NCBI GenBank assembly: GCA_004431415.1
Contig: QPMI01000049.1
Span: 124,001-188,000, forward strand
Direction of reading: 5' to 3'
DNA from: Cyanophora paradoxa CCMP329
Lineage: Eukaryota > Plantae > Glaucophyta
DNA length: 64,000 bases
The notes under the pieces were generated by a model, which worked only from the letters and a program-made list of their open reading frames with translations, searched no databases and was not told the DNA's origin. The position numbers were made by a program, and so were the translations under genes. Positions 1 to 10,935 of the stretch are shown here, one piece after another. Within the stretch, counting starts at the first letter, position 1. Every line of letters starts with the position of its first letter.

Positions 1-2225
1 ACGGCGGCGGGTCTCGTTGGGCTCAGCGTGTTCGTCCGCCTCGCCACCTTCGTGACGAACATCCTCATCGCCCGCGTTGTCGGGCCTGCCGTTTACGGGG
101 TGCGCCTCGCGCTCAGATTGCGCGCGCGTGCTTAGAATGATGCGTACGCACAGCTGGCGCAAGTGCAGTTCCAGTTCATGCTGGCGTTCGTCATGCAGAT
201 CAGCAAGGAGGGTGTTCGCAGGGCGACATCGACCGTCTCTCTGTCGTGAATTCCGTGAGGTTGCCTGATCCGTCTCCCCGCCCGACGAGCCCTTGCAGAC
301 GCGAGGAGTGTTACAAGGGCACGAATCAGATGCGATCAATTGTCAACCTCGCATGGGGCGGCATGGGCATCAGCGGGGTAGCTGCCGTGACCATGGGTCT
401 CATCTTCTTGGGGAATCATCGTTATGAAGAGGACTCCGATTTGTCAGCAGCGTCGTTCTGGCACGCAACCGTGATCTATGGTGCTCGTTTTCTTTGTGCA
501 GGAGCAAGCACTGACGATACTAATATCGTGCCAGCCGCCGCGGCAGTGCTGGAAACGTCTGCAGAGCCCGCTTTTACTTTGGCCCAGGTTAGTTTTGATG
601 GGGATTGTTTGCTTGCACCGCCAACAATGCGCCAGGCCAGAGCACAGCAGCATCTCCGGGTATCTGCCGAGGCATTTGCCACTGTTGCCCGCTGTATATC
701 GACAGTGCTCTTTCTACGCAGCCGAATCGTTCGTCATGCTTTTACAGAGTGCCTTTAATAAACATTAACCCTTCAATAGGCACCTCTGGTCGCCCTTGCA
801 GGAGCCCAGGCAGTATATGGCGCCTTCCTCTCCATCTCGCTCAGCTTTCGGGTTCTCCAGAGCAATGCACTCCAACTAAAGGCCATTTTACCAAGCTTTC
901 AGTGAGCCACGTTCATCTTTCAGCCCTTTCCTCGGTCACTTACGTGTGCTCATAGTGTAGATGCAGTGGATCCCCCACTATTGTCGTTGGCGGGCACATT
1001 TTGCCTCCAGTCCATCTTTCGCTTCGGTCTTAGTGAAGGGGAGCGTGCCGTGCTCTCGTTCTCCAAAATCACCGAGCTTATACATAGAGGGGAGTACGCA
1101 CTTGTGAACAACCTCGGTCTGTACTTTCTTTGCTCTCTCTTCTGAAATCGTTTCCGGGGCATAACGCCAGCATTTGCATGCACCAGGATCGCTTGGAGTG
1201 CGTATGCTCTTGCAGCCAGTCGAGGAAGCCGCCGCGATCACATTTGCAAAGCTGTATGCTGGTGAGGTTTGGTGGATTTAAGCATATGCAGCACTTTGAT
1301 TGGTCCGCAGGCAAGTGGACTGCTGATGCCCAAGCTGCTGCTGCAATGTTTTTGCAGGTACTTCTCAAGACTGGACTTCTACTTGGTACGCATAATCTGC
1401 TGTTCTGGGGCTCTGCTCTTCATGAATGGACGCTGTGCAGGCATCTCAGCCGTAGCAATCGGGTACAATTCGGCAGGATTTGTCATCACCACTTTGTATG
1501 GGTCCAAGGTTTGCAGACATTCGTGTGCTCACGATGGAGCTGTGTTCTAATCTTCAAATAGTGGTCCACGGGGGATGCATCTGTACTCCTTGGCGATTTT
1601 TGCTTGCTGTTCGGCCTCCTGGCAGTAAATGGTGTCATGGAGGCTTTTCTCTCTTCAACGTCTTCCCCTTCCCAGCTTCGGAAGTTCCTCATGTGGCATG
1701 CAAGCGTCTCGGTCGTTTACTTGGTGTCTTGCTTCTTCGTGGTCCCTGTTGTTGGAATGCGGGGCCTCTTCTGGTCGAACGGCTTATGTGCATTTCCTCG
1801 TTACCAATTTTCTTCTGAATGTGGCTCATACGTGTATCAGGCATGTTGTGCCGTATTCTTTTCGCCTGGTTCATTAGCAGACGGTATTTAGAGGTGAGGT
1901 TTGTGTGCTTCCAGTCGTTTCCTTGCGGAAACCGTTGGTTGCAGGGAAGCTCCATCTCGTTTGCGGCCTGCATCCCTTCTCTTTCCTTCCTACTGGCCTC
2001 TGCGATTACCTTCTTGCTGTCAAGTTTGGTCAACGCCACAAGCAGCCCCTTGATTGGCATCCCTGTGGTTGGAGGGTGTGGGGCCTTGCAAGTCGCTTGC
2101 ATGTGTGCTGGTTTTATTCTCGCCTTCGCCCTCTTTATTTTCTGACCACCTTCTGCAGATTGCTATTTGAGCGGAAGCTGATGGGTGATATGAGGAGACT
2201 GTGGAGGAAAGAGAAGATTGTGTAG
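1..2225 (+). CDS. RFT1: RFT1 Man5GlcNAc2-PP-dolichol translocation protein; multi-exon, 5' end outside the window
   Basis: Spliced reading gives FVRLATFVTNILIARVVGPAVYG|LAQVQFQFMLAFVMQISKEGVRRA, LQSIFRFGLSEGER and RGEYALVNNL|GSLGVRMLLQPVEEAA, matching recalled RFT1 motifs ([32 protein letters not shown]). Many hydrophobic segments; GT-AG introns (e.g. 100-153); stop at 2223-2225. Confidence 0.88.
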
Positions 2226-3208
2226 GAATCATACTGCTCGTTCTTGGCACAGTGCCTATGGGATAACGGTGTCAGCGAGCCCATAGCATTTGGACGCGTG
2301 CTAAAAACGCAATGTAGTCCCGTAGTACAAGTGTGGGATGCACACTGCGGCCGCCGTTGGCGCAGGCCCAGCCCACCAGCAAGCTGGCCAGCCGGGCCCT
2401 ACGTGGCCCCCTAAGGAGAGTATATATACGTAATGTGCCTCCGCCTAGCTGAACCCCCGCCCCCGCTTCCCCCTCCCGCCTCCCCTTTTCCCCTCCGCCG
2501 CCCCCTCCCCTCCGCGTCCTTGCTGGTGCAGTGCATCAGTATCATCTTGTATAGGCTACAAGTGTCAGTTGCTCTTTCTAAGCTACGGGCGCGCGGGACC
2601 ACTCCTAGACCGTCAACGCTTTAACTGTACCCGTGCTGTTAGGGATAGAGCGTAACCCGCAGGGACTGGTGCCCTGATGGAAAAAAGGGGATGGGAGCCG
2701 AGCCTAGCTACGAGCTGACTCCAGTGAGCAGGCGCTTCGCGTCCACGCCGGTGCCGTAGCGGATGAAGATGCTCCTGCGAGAGGTCCTGCGAGAAAATCG
2801 CATCGTCCGGGCTACTTCGTCCAATCTTCATTATTTTTAATTAATGGTTTAAATTTATGACAAACTTGAAAGGTTCTCGCAATTGACGAATGAGCCATAT
2901 TATGAGTGTGGGATGTATACGTACAGTAGTATACGCACCACAGCACTGCGTCATGAAAAGTCATTTAATTTTCATGTCGTGGGCCCAGGGCCCATCAAAG
3001 ACGCCCCACCTAGCTTCGCCAACACGTTAACTCCGAACTCCAATTTCGAGAGGTACATTTTTCGATTTCGAGAGCTACATCCGATGATCGTGCATTCGCT
3101 TGAAAGAAACCCAGAGAGGGTTATACCTACATGCCGCGCCTTTGATAAAACGCCACATACGCTGAGGCATCCACAATTTCTGAAGCGTGCCTGCTTCCGA
3201 AGGGCCGC

Positions 3209-3380
3209 ATTGCGCGCGCGTGCTTAGAATGATGCGTACGCACAGCTGGCGCAAGTGCAGTTCCAGTTCATGCTGGCGTTCGTCATGCAGATCAGCAAGG
3301 AGGGTGTTCGCAGGGCGACATCGACCGTCTCTCTGTCGTGAATTCCGTGAGGTTGCCTGATCCGTCTCCCCGCCCGACGA
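3209..3380 (+). repeat. Perfect 172-bp duplicate of positions 117-288 (an RFT1 exon with flanking intron halves)
   Basis: Base-by-base identity from ATTGCGCGCGCGTGCTTAG to CCCCGCCCGACGA at offset 3092. Confidence 0.97.
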
Positions 3381-3554
3381 CCGGAGGCAGACCCAAATGT
3401 GTCTGCCTCCGCATAGGCAGTGGGTCGCTCCGACCGCGCCCATAACTTAGAGAGAGTATTGAGCCAGTGCAGTAGCTTTCGTTTGGGAATCTGCAGCATG
3501 AATTTGAAGCACATCCCTGGGGTGGTCGTCTAGGAACAAGGAAACTCAGTTGCT

Positions 3555-4925
3555 CTACGCGGACGCCTCGATCTTGGCGACCAGCGCAGCCTTCTTCTGC
3601 TTCACGCGGTCCTTGCGCTGGGCAAGGTTGCGGCGGGTCTGCGGAACGCTGCGTGAGCACCGGAGATTCAAAAGAACACGCGAGGGCTGCACACCTGCTT
3701 GTGGCGCTTCTGGGTCGCCGGCTTGTTCTTCTTGGTCGCGTGGAACGACGGGTCCGCGCGGATGGCCTTGTGCGCCTTCTTGTACATGTCGGCCATGCCC
3801 TCGGGCTTGATGCCGGCCTGTAACACAGGTCACAATACTGCAGCACCGGCGAGAAAACCCGCCAGAAGAACGGACCTTGATGTACTTCGAGAAGAGCTGC
3901 TTGTACTTCTCAGGCTCCTCCTTCTTGAGGGTGGCCATGTAGTCGGAGACGTGGCCGCCGAGGATGCGAGCGCGGAGAACCTCAGTCTTGAGCGACTTGC
4001 CCTCCTCGTCGTAGCCGGGGAAGCGGGTCTCGCTGTGCGGCACATCGATGCCACCGTCGCACGCGCCCTTCATGGCGGCGAACACGCGGTTGCCGGTGGT
4101 GGTGCGGGTGAGGCCGACGTCCAGGAGAGCACGGAACGGGCGGGGGCCGTCCGCGATCGCCTCAACGTGGAAGTCCTCGCCGTTGACCTGTACAGAAGCA
4201 GTTCGAGTGCTGGTTGCTACAGCCAGGCTGGGGCAACGAGCTGGGGCCCACCTCAGTCTGGCCCTTGTACTTGTCCGCGAGGCCGAGCTTGGTGAGCATA
4301 CGGCGGGCGAGCAGGAGCCCGGTGGCATAGCCTGCGATGATATGAGCGAGACGCCCAAACCGGCGAGAGCCCAGCGCACAGGCAGAGTAGTTGGTGAGGC
4401 CGTTCACGATGCCGTAGCGGGGCAGCTCGTGCGCGTACGCGGCGCACAGAATCTCATCGCCCTCGATCTTAGCCTGAGCAATCTGAGTGATCACATCGCG
4501 GTTGGTCTGTCGGCGCCGGTCAAGGCAGGAGCTGGCAGGATCGGAGCGCGAGCGCGGCGGCGGCGGCGGTTGAAAAGGATACGATGCGAACGATCAGACG
4601 GTACTTAGGCGAGTTGTACTTGTTCTTGTCTTGGATGACAAGCCGCTTGCGGGCGCGGTAGTCGGTCTTGCCCTCTGCGATCGCCGGCGGCGTCACAGGG
4701 GCCAGCAGCCCGCGCAAAACGTTGCACTCACCGCGCCGCCTGCGGAACTTGACCTGGAAGCGCTTGAAGTATGCCTTGTTCTGCAGCCGAGACGGTCACC
4801 TCGCGACCGCGCGCTGCGCGACGGCGAGCCCGGCTCGATCGAAACTCACCTTGACGACCTTGACGAACCCCTGCGCACCGGCACGTCAGCGCGCTGGGAG
4901 CCGGCGTGGGCGGGGCGCTTGCCAT
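3555..4925 (-). CDS. RPL5: 60S ribosomal protein L5 (uL18), multi-exon
   Basis: Spliced: M|GFVKVVK|[16 protein letters not shown]|[31 protein letters not shown]|[32 protein letters not shown]...[40 protein letters not shown]. Intron 1 (4871-4922) is GC-AG directly after the ATG. Confidence 0.98.
4507..4582 (-). other. Candidate U12-type (minor spliceosome) GT-AG intron in RPL5
   Basis: Donor GTATCCTTTT (U12 consensus RTATCCTTT); branch-like TCCTGCCTTGAC close to the 3' CAG; removal restores the conserved IVRI|TNRD. Confidence 0.75.
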
Positions 4926-5055
4926 CTTGCTGCGGGAGATCTGTACCCACCCCTTGGGGGTCAGAGCTGCGCTAGGGTACAGAAGGTCAAGGGGGGGGAG
5001 TCGGCCCAGAGTGGGTACAGGGCAGGTCGGCAGAGTCGGGAGTAACACACGGAAG
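4926..5055. promoter_or_regulatory. 130-bp bidirectional promoter between RPL5 and RPL14 with three GGGTACAG/CTGTACCC copies
   Basis: Divergent ATGs at 4925 (-) and 5056 (+). CTGTACCC at 4941-4948, GGGTACAG at 4975-4982 and 5013-5020. Confidence 0.6.
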
Positions 5056-5900
5056 ATGGTACTCAAACCCGCGCGCTAGCGGCCTGGGAGCGGTGGAGGG
5101 CGTGTGCTTGTAGTGCGGGAACCTAGCTAAGCCGGCCCGCGGGGCCCCGCCGCCCCTCGGCGACCGCCCGCCAAGCACCCAGCCCCAGCGACGCCTTGGC
5201 TAGCTTTGCGCTGACTCACGGCTTGATGCGCCCCTCCCGCAGCCGTACACGCGCTTCGTTCAGATCGGGCGGGGTGCGCTGCGCGAGCGCCGCACTCGCT
5301 GCTCGCTTTCTGACAGGAGTCTGCAGTGGCCCTGATCAACTATGGTAAGGACACAGGCAAGCTCGGCGTGATCATCGATGTCCTCGACCAGAACCGCGTG
5401 CGCTTGCTCTCGCAGGTGGCGCTGCTCGCGCTCGCGTAGCTGAGGGCGCTGGTCCCAGGTCCTCATCGCGGGCCCCACTGGCAGCGGCGTCATCCGCCAG
5501 CAGATGCCGATCAAGCGGCTCATGCTCACGGACTACACCGTGAACGCCGGCCGCGGCGCCCGCCTTAAGGCCCTCACCAAGTCCTTCGAGAAGGCGGAGG
5601 TGAACAAGAAGTTCCAGGCCACCGCGTGGGCGAAGAAGATCGGTCACCGCGCCCAGCGCGCCAACAGCACCGACTTCGACCGCTTCAAGATCATGCTCCT
5701 CAAGAAGAAGGTCCGGTCCCGCGCCGCGCCGGCCCCCGCCTCGATCAACCCGCCGCGTGCAGCGCTCTTCGATCGTCAACAAGGAGTTCGCGAAGCTGAA
5801 GAAGGGCGCGTCTGGCAAGGCGGCGAAGAAGCCCGCGGCCAAGCCCGCGGCCAAGCCTGCGGCCAAGCCCGCGGCGGCTGCCCCGGCCAAGAAGAAGTAA
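5056..5900 (+). CDS. RPL14: 60S ribosomal protein L14 (eL14)
   Basis: ATG 5056-5058, intron 5059-5242, then PYTRFVQIGR|VALINYGKDTGKLGVIIDVLDQNR|VLIAGP...FQATAWAKKI...STDFDRFKIMLLKKK|RSSIVNKEFAKLKK and a K/P/A-rich tail; TAA 5898-5900. Confidence 0.96.
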
Positions 5901-6106
5901 GCGGCCCTTGTACCGTCCTTACCATTGTCTCGAATACGACTCTGCCCGTGTTTTTCAATGCCTTGAGGGAAGCTTGCTTGACCTGGTAGCTGCTGGAAAA
6001 GGAGGCACGGATAATTGGGAAGAGAGCGTTTGGTCCGTACGCGTCGGCCCAAGATGAGGCTAAAAACAATGCACCGCGCATTCAAAAAGTTGGACGAAAG
6101 TTGGAC

Positions 6107-6283
6107 GTCGTAATCGCAACGTTAACTTAGTAACTCTGATTCCGATCGTAATCGCAACCCTGATTCCGATCGTAATCGCAGCCCTGATTCCGATCGTAAT
6201 CGCAGCCCTGATTCCGATCGTAATCGCAACTCTAGATCTAATTCCGATCGTAATCGCAACTCTAATTCTGATCGTAATCGCAA
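6107..6283. repeat. Minisatellite, about 7 copies of a 24-bp unit ATCGTAATCGCA(A/G)CCCTGATTCCG
   Basis: Direct tandem units with degenerate ends and no unique spacers. Confidence 0.92.
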
Positions 6284-6838
6284 TCGGTTGGCCTCGTCGC
6301 CGTGAGATCTTGGCTCGTCCGCTCGTATACGTAGCCAGCGCTAGCGCTTTAACGATGCCCGGCGCCGGCCGCGAGGAAGGCAAAGGTACCCCGGGCGCTT
6401 CCCGCCGCCTAGCAGGCCGGGATGGATCCTTCCTACCGCCACCATCTCCTATGAGCGGGCCCCATCCCAAACGCACGCCCTCGTAGCTAGAGTAGAGCCA
6501 GTCACGTATGCCCCGTCTGATCTCGGGGTCGATCGCAGAGGGTGCTCCTCCTTCCCAGGGAGCACTTCTAGGCTAGATTGTGGCAGTCGATGTCGCGGTC
6601 GTGTCATGGCCAGCGTTTTTTTTTGTGAACGTTTACGTTCCGGCCTACAGGGCCGGCCGGAGCATATGCGCATGTGTAATTAGCCGCTAATCATCCACGT
6701 GTGCAGTAACTTAAGCTTCGGCCCAGGTTATTTTTCAACAGTAAATTCCATTCCACTGCCCATGCTTAGAGTGGATGCTTAAAATATCTGCAAGTTAAAA
6801 CACTCCTAACAACCATGCAGAGCACGGGTACTTAGCTC

Positions 6839-7694
6839 TTAGCTCTTAATTTCAGCCTCCAGGGCCTTAAGGGCCTTCTGGAACTTGCCAGCGTGTCGCT
6901 TCTCAGCCACTGCTAGGGTCTCGAACCAATCTGCTACCTCCTCGAACCCTGGGGAGCACGTTGTTAGCACTCCATCGCATACTATCCAGACAGAGGGCGC
7001 GGCACCTTCTTCCCGAGCAATCTGAGCCATGCCAGGGTACATCTCGGAGTACCTAGAGGAATGCATGAGTTTGGAGGCCCTGCTTGGTGTCTCGTGAAGC
7101 TGGACCGCACTCGTAAATCTCAGACTGGATGGAAGCCTTCAGGTTGTCGGTGCTGCTCCCGATCGGCTCGTCGCTCTGCAAAAAAATTAAAACCCGCATG
7201 AACTATGGGGTCGATCTCTGCAGCATCAATCACAGACCGCGGGGTCGCCGCACTCCTCAAGGAATTCCAGATGCCCGAGGGCGTGGCAAGTCTCGCCCTC
7301 GCTAGTCGAACGGAATAGTGCAGCGACGTCGGGGAAACCCTCGACATCCGCCTTCTGTGCAAAGTACCTGTACGTGCGTTGAAGCGCAGGCTGCGGCATC
7401 TATAGCTGCGCGGATCGTGAAGGCCGACGACGCACATGTAGCGCTTCGCCGCCATCGCTTCCGCTGCGAACGCGTTCTTGAGGTTCTCGTGAGTCTTCGT
7501 CCCCGCAAGGCCAACGAACTCGCCCTCTGCGCGTGCTCCATTCAGCGCCGGCAACCGGGCGGCGCGGGGCGCACACGCGGACCTTCCTCAGTGGAGTAGG
7601 CGCGCTTGAAGATGGAGAAGGCCGGCCGAGCGGTGACGGGGCGCGCGCCGCGTGCGGCGGCAGCACCGCGCGCTGCAGTAACGAGGCGAAGCAT
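6839..7694 (-). CDS. Short-chain rubrerythrin (ferritin-like diiron protein, no rubredoxin domain) with mitochondrial presequence; 6 exons
   Basis: Spliced: MLRLVTAARGAAAARGARPVTARPAFSIFKRAYSTEE|EGEFVGLAGTKTHENLKNAFAAEAMAAKRYM|YFAQKADVEGFPDVAALFRSTSEGETCHALGHLEFLEECGDPA|SDEPIGSSTDNLKASIQSEIYE|YSEMYPGMAQIAREE|GFEEVADWFETLAVAEKRHAGKFQKALKALEAEIKS. E...ExxH...E...ExxH ligands are intact. Confidence 0.92.
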
Positions 7695-8028
7695 GTCTGC
7701 GAGCGCGGCCGTCAACTGCTGCATGCGAAGGAGAGAACGGCTACAGAGCCCTTTACGGCTGCCGCCCCGCGCTCAACAGCCGGCAGAGCGGCGTCGATGC
7801 TTCGCGAAGGAGCGGCCGACCAGCATGAGCGGGGCCGGCGTACGGCCGACGAGTCGTACGGCCGATGCCTTGCTTATCAAAGCGCGCACAGAAACAAGGC
7901 GCGCGCACCCGCTACGAACGTCGGCGGCCGAACTACCCCCGATTAGCGCGTACCCCCAGAAGGACTCGCGGCACTCGCCTGGTCGCGTTCCGGCCTCGAG
8001 TCCTTCGCGGATCCGCCTCGGCAGCGAG

Positions 8029-10294
8029 ATGGCGGACCAGCAAGGCCAATACACGCCGGAGCAATGGGCCGCGTGGCAGGCGTACTACGCCCAGCAGCAG
8101 GCGGGAGGGGAGGGCGCGACCAACGCGACTTCCGCCGAAGGGAATGCCCTCGTCCAGGTTCGGACTCCTTGTGGCTCGCTGTCCCCGCTCGAGCGGCGCG
8201 CTGCAGGACCTGGACGTCTCGGACACGATCTACGTCTCGGGCCTCCCCACGGACATCACCGAAGATGCCCTCGCTGAGCACTTTGGCACCATTGGCATCA
8301 TCAAGTGCGTTGATCGCGCTGGTCGCTTGGCCCGCGGATGGGATCCGCGTCCCGCGTAGTCTCGATTTCATCGCCCTATCTCGAGACCGTGCACACGCCC
8401 GTAGACGTTTCTAGTGGAGACCCGAGTTGATCGAAGCTGGCGGTCTCGCGCCCGTGTGGGACCGACCACCCCGAGCTATCTCCCCTAGTTGTGCATCTTC
8501 GACCCTTCCCACAACGTTGAGAATCTATCCTATACTCTCGTTTGGCCTTTCGCCTGCGCGTCGCCCCCAGCCTGACGCGCTGCCCCCGACCTCAGGGTCG
8601 ACAAGAAGACGAAGGAGAAGAAGATCTGGATCTACAAGGACAAGGAGACCGGGCTTCCCAAAGGGTTCGCCCTCCATGCGAGACGTGTTCCTCTCTAGTC
8701 GCGCTTACGCGTTCGCTCGGCAGAGACGCGACTGTTAGCTACGACGATCCCAACGCGGCGTACTCGGCAGTCCAGTGGTTCAATGGCGCGCGGCGAGTTG
8801 CCCGCGGCTCGCTATAATCTCTCACGCGCTCTGCAGAGAAAGAGTTCCAGGGCAAGACCATCAAGGTGTCTCTGTCGGAGAAGAAGGAGAAGAGCGGGGG
8901 TGGTGCCTCGACCTCGCCCCCTCCCTCCCGCTGCAGTTGAGATCGAATCGATGCGCAGGCGGATACGGCGGTGGCGGCGGCGGCTACGGAGGCGGCAGGG
9001 GCGGCGGCGGTGGTTACGGAGGCTCCCGTGGGGGTGGCTACGGGGGCGGTGGTGGCGGCTACGGCGGCGGCGGCGGCGGCTATGGTGGTGGCGGCGGTGG
9101 CGGCGGATACGGCGGCGGAGGTGGCGGCGGCGGTTATGGCGCGGCAAGCGGAGGCGGCATGGGCCGCGGCGGCCCCGGGGGCCCCGGGGGCCCCGGGGGC
9201 AACCGCGAGGGAGACTGGCCGTGCCCCATGTGTGCCCCCCGCGGTCCCGCTCTCGCTCGCCTCTCACCAGCGCCGCTCGCGTACGCTGCAGGTGTGGCAA
9301 CGTGAACTTTGGTGAGTCGCACGCCGCAGCGGCCAGGGCGGCAGCCGCTGACCGTTGGCGCCCCCGCAGCGCGGCGCTTCTCCTGCAACCGCTGCCAGAC
9401 GCCCAAGCCCGCTGAGGCCGGCGGTGGCGGTGGCGGCGGCGGCGGCGGCGGCTTCGGCCGGGGCGGCGGCGGCGGCGGCGGGCCCGGTGGACCCCCCGGC
9501 GGCGCGCGGGAAGGCGACTGGTGCTCCCTGGCGACGCGTTTCTCGGCCTTGGCGACGCCTGACGCGTTTTTAGGAACTGTGGTACTTGCGGCAACGTCAA
9601 CTGGGCTCGCCGCAGCTCGTGCAACAAGTGCGCCTGCCCCCGTCCCCCGCTCGCACACCGGGCCCTCCTTGACAGGGAGCAGGTGCAACGCGCCCAAGCC
9701 CGGCCAGACCTTCGGTGCGCCTCCGCGCCCGGGCCTCCCCTTCCGCTCGCGGCGCTCACGCGTCCTCGCAGGCGGCGACGCCGGCGGCGGCCGCGGGGGC
9801 GGAGACCGCTACCGTGACGACCGCGACCGGTCCGGCGCTCCGCTCGCGGGGCGCGTCGCCGCCGCGCTTGAGCGAGGGCCTGGTCGCGCAGGGACCGCGA
9901 TCGGGATCGGAGAGACGACCGGGACCGGGACCGCGGTTCGCCCCCAGCGCTCTCCCCGAGCCTGCGCGCGTCCTCGCGCTCACGCGGGTTCGTCCCATCG
10001 CACGCAGGTGGCGACCGGTTCGCAGTGGCGGCAGCCTCTCGGCGCCTGGCGCGCCAGCGCGGTTGCGTGCCCCTGACCTCGCCCCGCCCCGCAGTGACCG
10101 TGACCGTGACCGCGACCGTGACCGCCGCGATGACCGTGACCGTGACGAGCGGTGCGCAACCTGCACTGTACAGCCACGTCTGGCTCGCTGCGCGTCTTGA
10201 CTCGCCCGCCGCCAGCCGCTCGGGTGGCGGCCGCGACGACCGCATACGCGACGAGCGAAAAGACCGTCGGGACGCCGGCTCGCGCCCCTACTGA
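8029..10294 (+). CDS. TAF15: FET-family (TAF15/FUS/EWS-like) RNA-binding protein: RRM, Gly/RGG tracts, two RanBP2 zinc fingers, RD-rich tail
   Basis: RRM SDTIYVSGLP...KIWIYKDKETGLPKGDATVSYDDPNAAYSAVQWFN; ZnF [24 protein letters not shown] and REGDWNCGTCGNVNWARRSSCNKC; C-terminal PY-NLS-like SRPY*. Includes a GC-AG intron (8786-8836) and micro-exons. Confidence 0.88.
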
Positions 10295-10935
10295 GATGGC
10301 GGGCGTCAGCATCGGCCGGGCGGGCGCTGGTCAAGGGTCCCCGGGATTCATTTGGATCGCCTGGCCTGCGAATGGGCGCAGCAGCCCCCCGCGAATCGTC
10401 TTGTACATGTGAATGTTTATCTCCGAACTCGCACACTGTAGACTTGCGGCCTCTCGAAGCCTCGGGATCGAGGGCGGGATTCACAGAAATTAAAGCCGAC
10501 AATTAGCGAGATCGATATCTACTCTCTAGATCTAGATCTAGATCTGCTAGGCTAAATCGATATCTAGAGATCTAGGGGGTCACCGGGTCCTGCATGCATG
10601 GGCGCGATGAAGGCCGCCGGGCCGGGCGTACCGGTACCGCCGGCCGCGGGCCGGTACTACGGTAGCTATAGGACACCCGGTGACCGTCGGACCGGCTCGA
10701 ATCCGGGCAGGTCGACCTTCTCGGGCGTTGGGAGAAATTAAAACGGCGAGATGGGAAACGAAACGAGCCGCGAAACGAGCGAACAGAGCCGCGGCAGCGA
10801 AGCCGATGCCAAGAACCAGACGCCGGCGCCCTCCGCTCCGCCCTATCCTGGTGCGCGCCGCTGGCTCGCGTTCGGCTGGCTCGGCGGCTCTCCGCGGCGC
10901 TTCAACGGGCTCCTGACAGTTGCGCAGCCGGCGGC

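Noticed and set aside
2250-2830. Possible U3, SRP, U11 or telomerase RNA (TATA-like run at about 2421, short hairpins, GTAACCC, GAGCAG, AAAAAGGG, TTAGGG)
   Set aside because: Only isolated short motif resemblances with wrong spacing; no complete box or helix set. An Rfam scan would be needed.
2883-3227. 114-aa ORF upstream of the duplicated RFT1 exon as a transposase or chimeric gene
   Set aside because: TTG start, no catalytic motif, no supporting splice structure.
3382-3450. Helitron 3' end or H/ACA snoRNA
   Set aside because: Hairpins are present but there is no correctly spaced CTRR terminus or H and ACA boxes.
6107-6283. CRISPR-like periodic repeat
   Set aside because: Contiguous 24-bp units with no unique spacers, eukaryotic context, no cas genes; it is a minisatellite.
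6513-6527. 5S rRNA-like CGTCTGATCTCGG
   Set aside because: The flanks do not match 5S rRNA sequence or structure.
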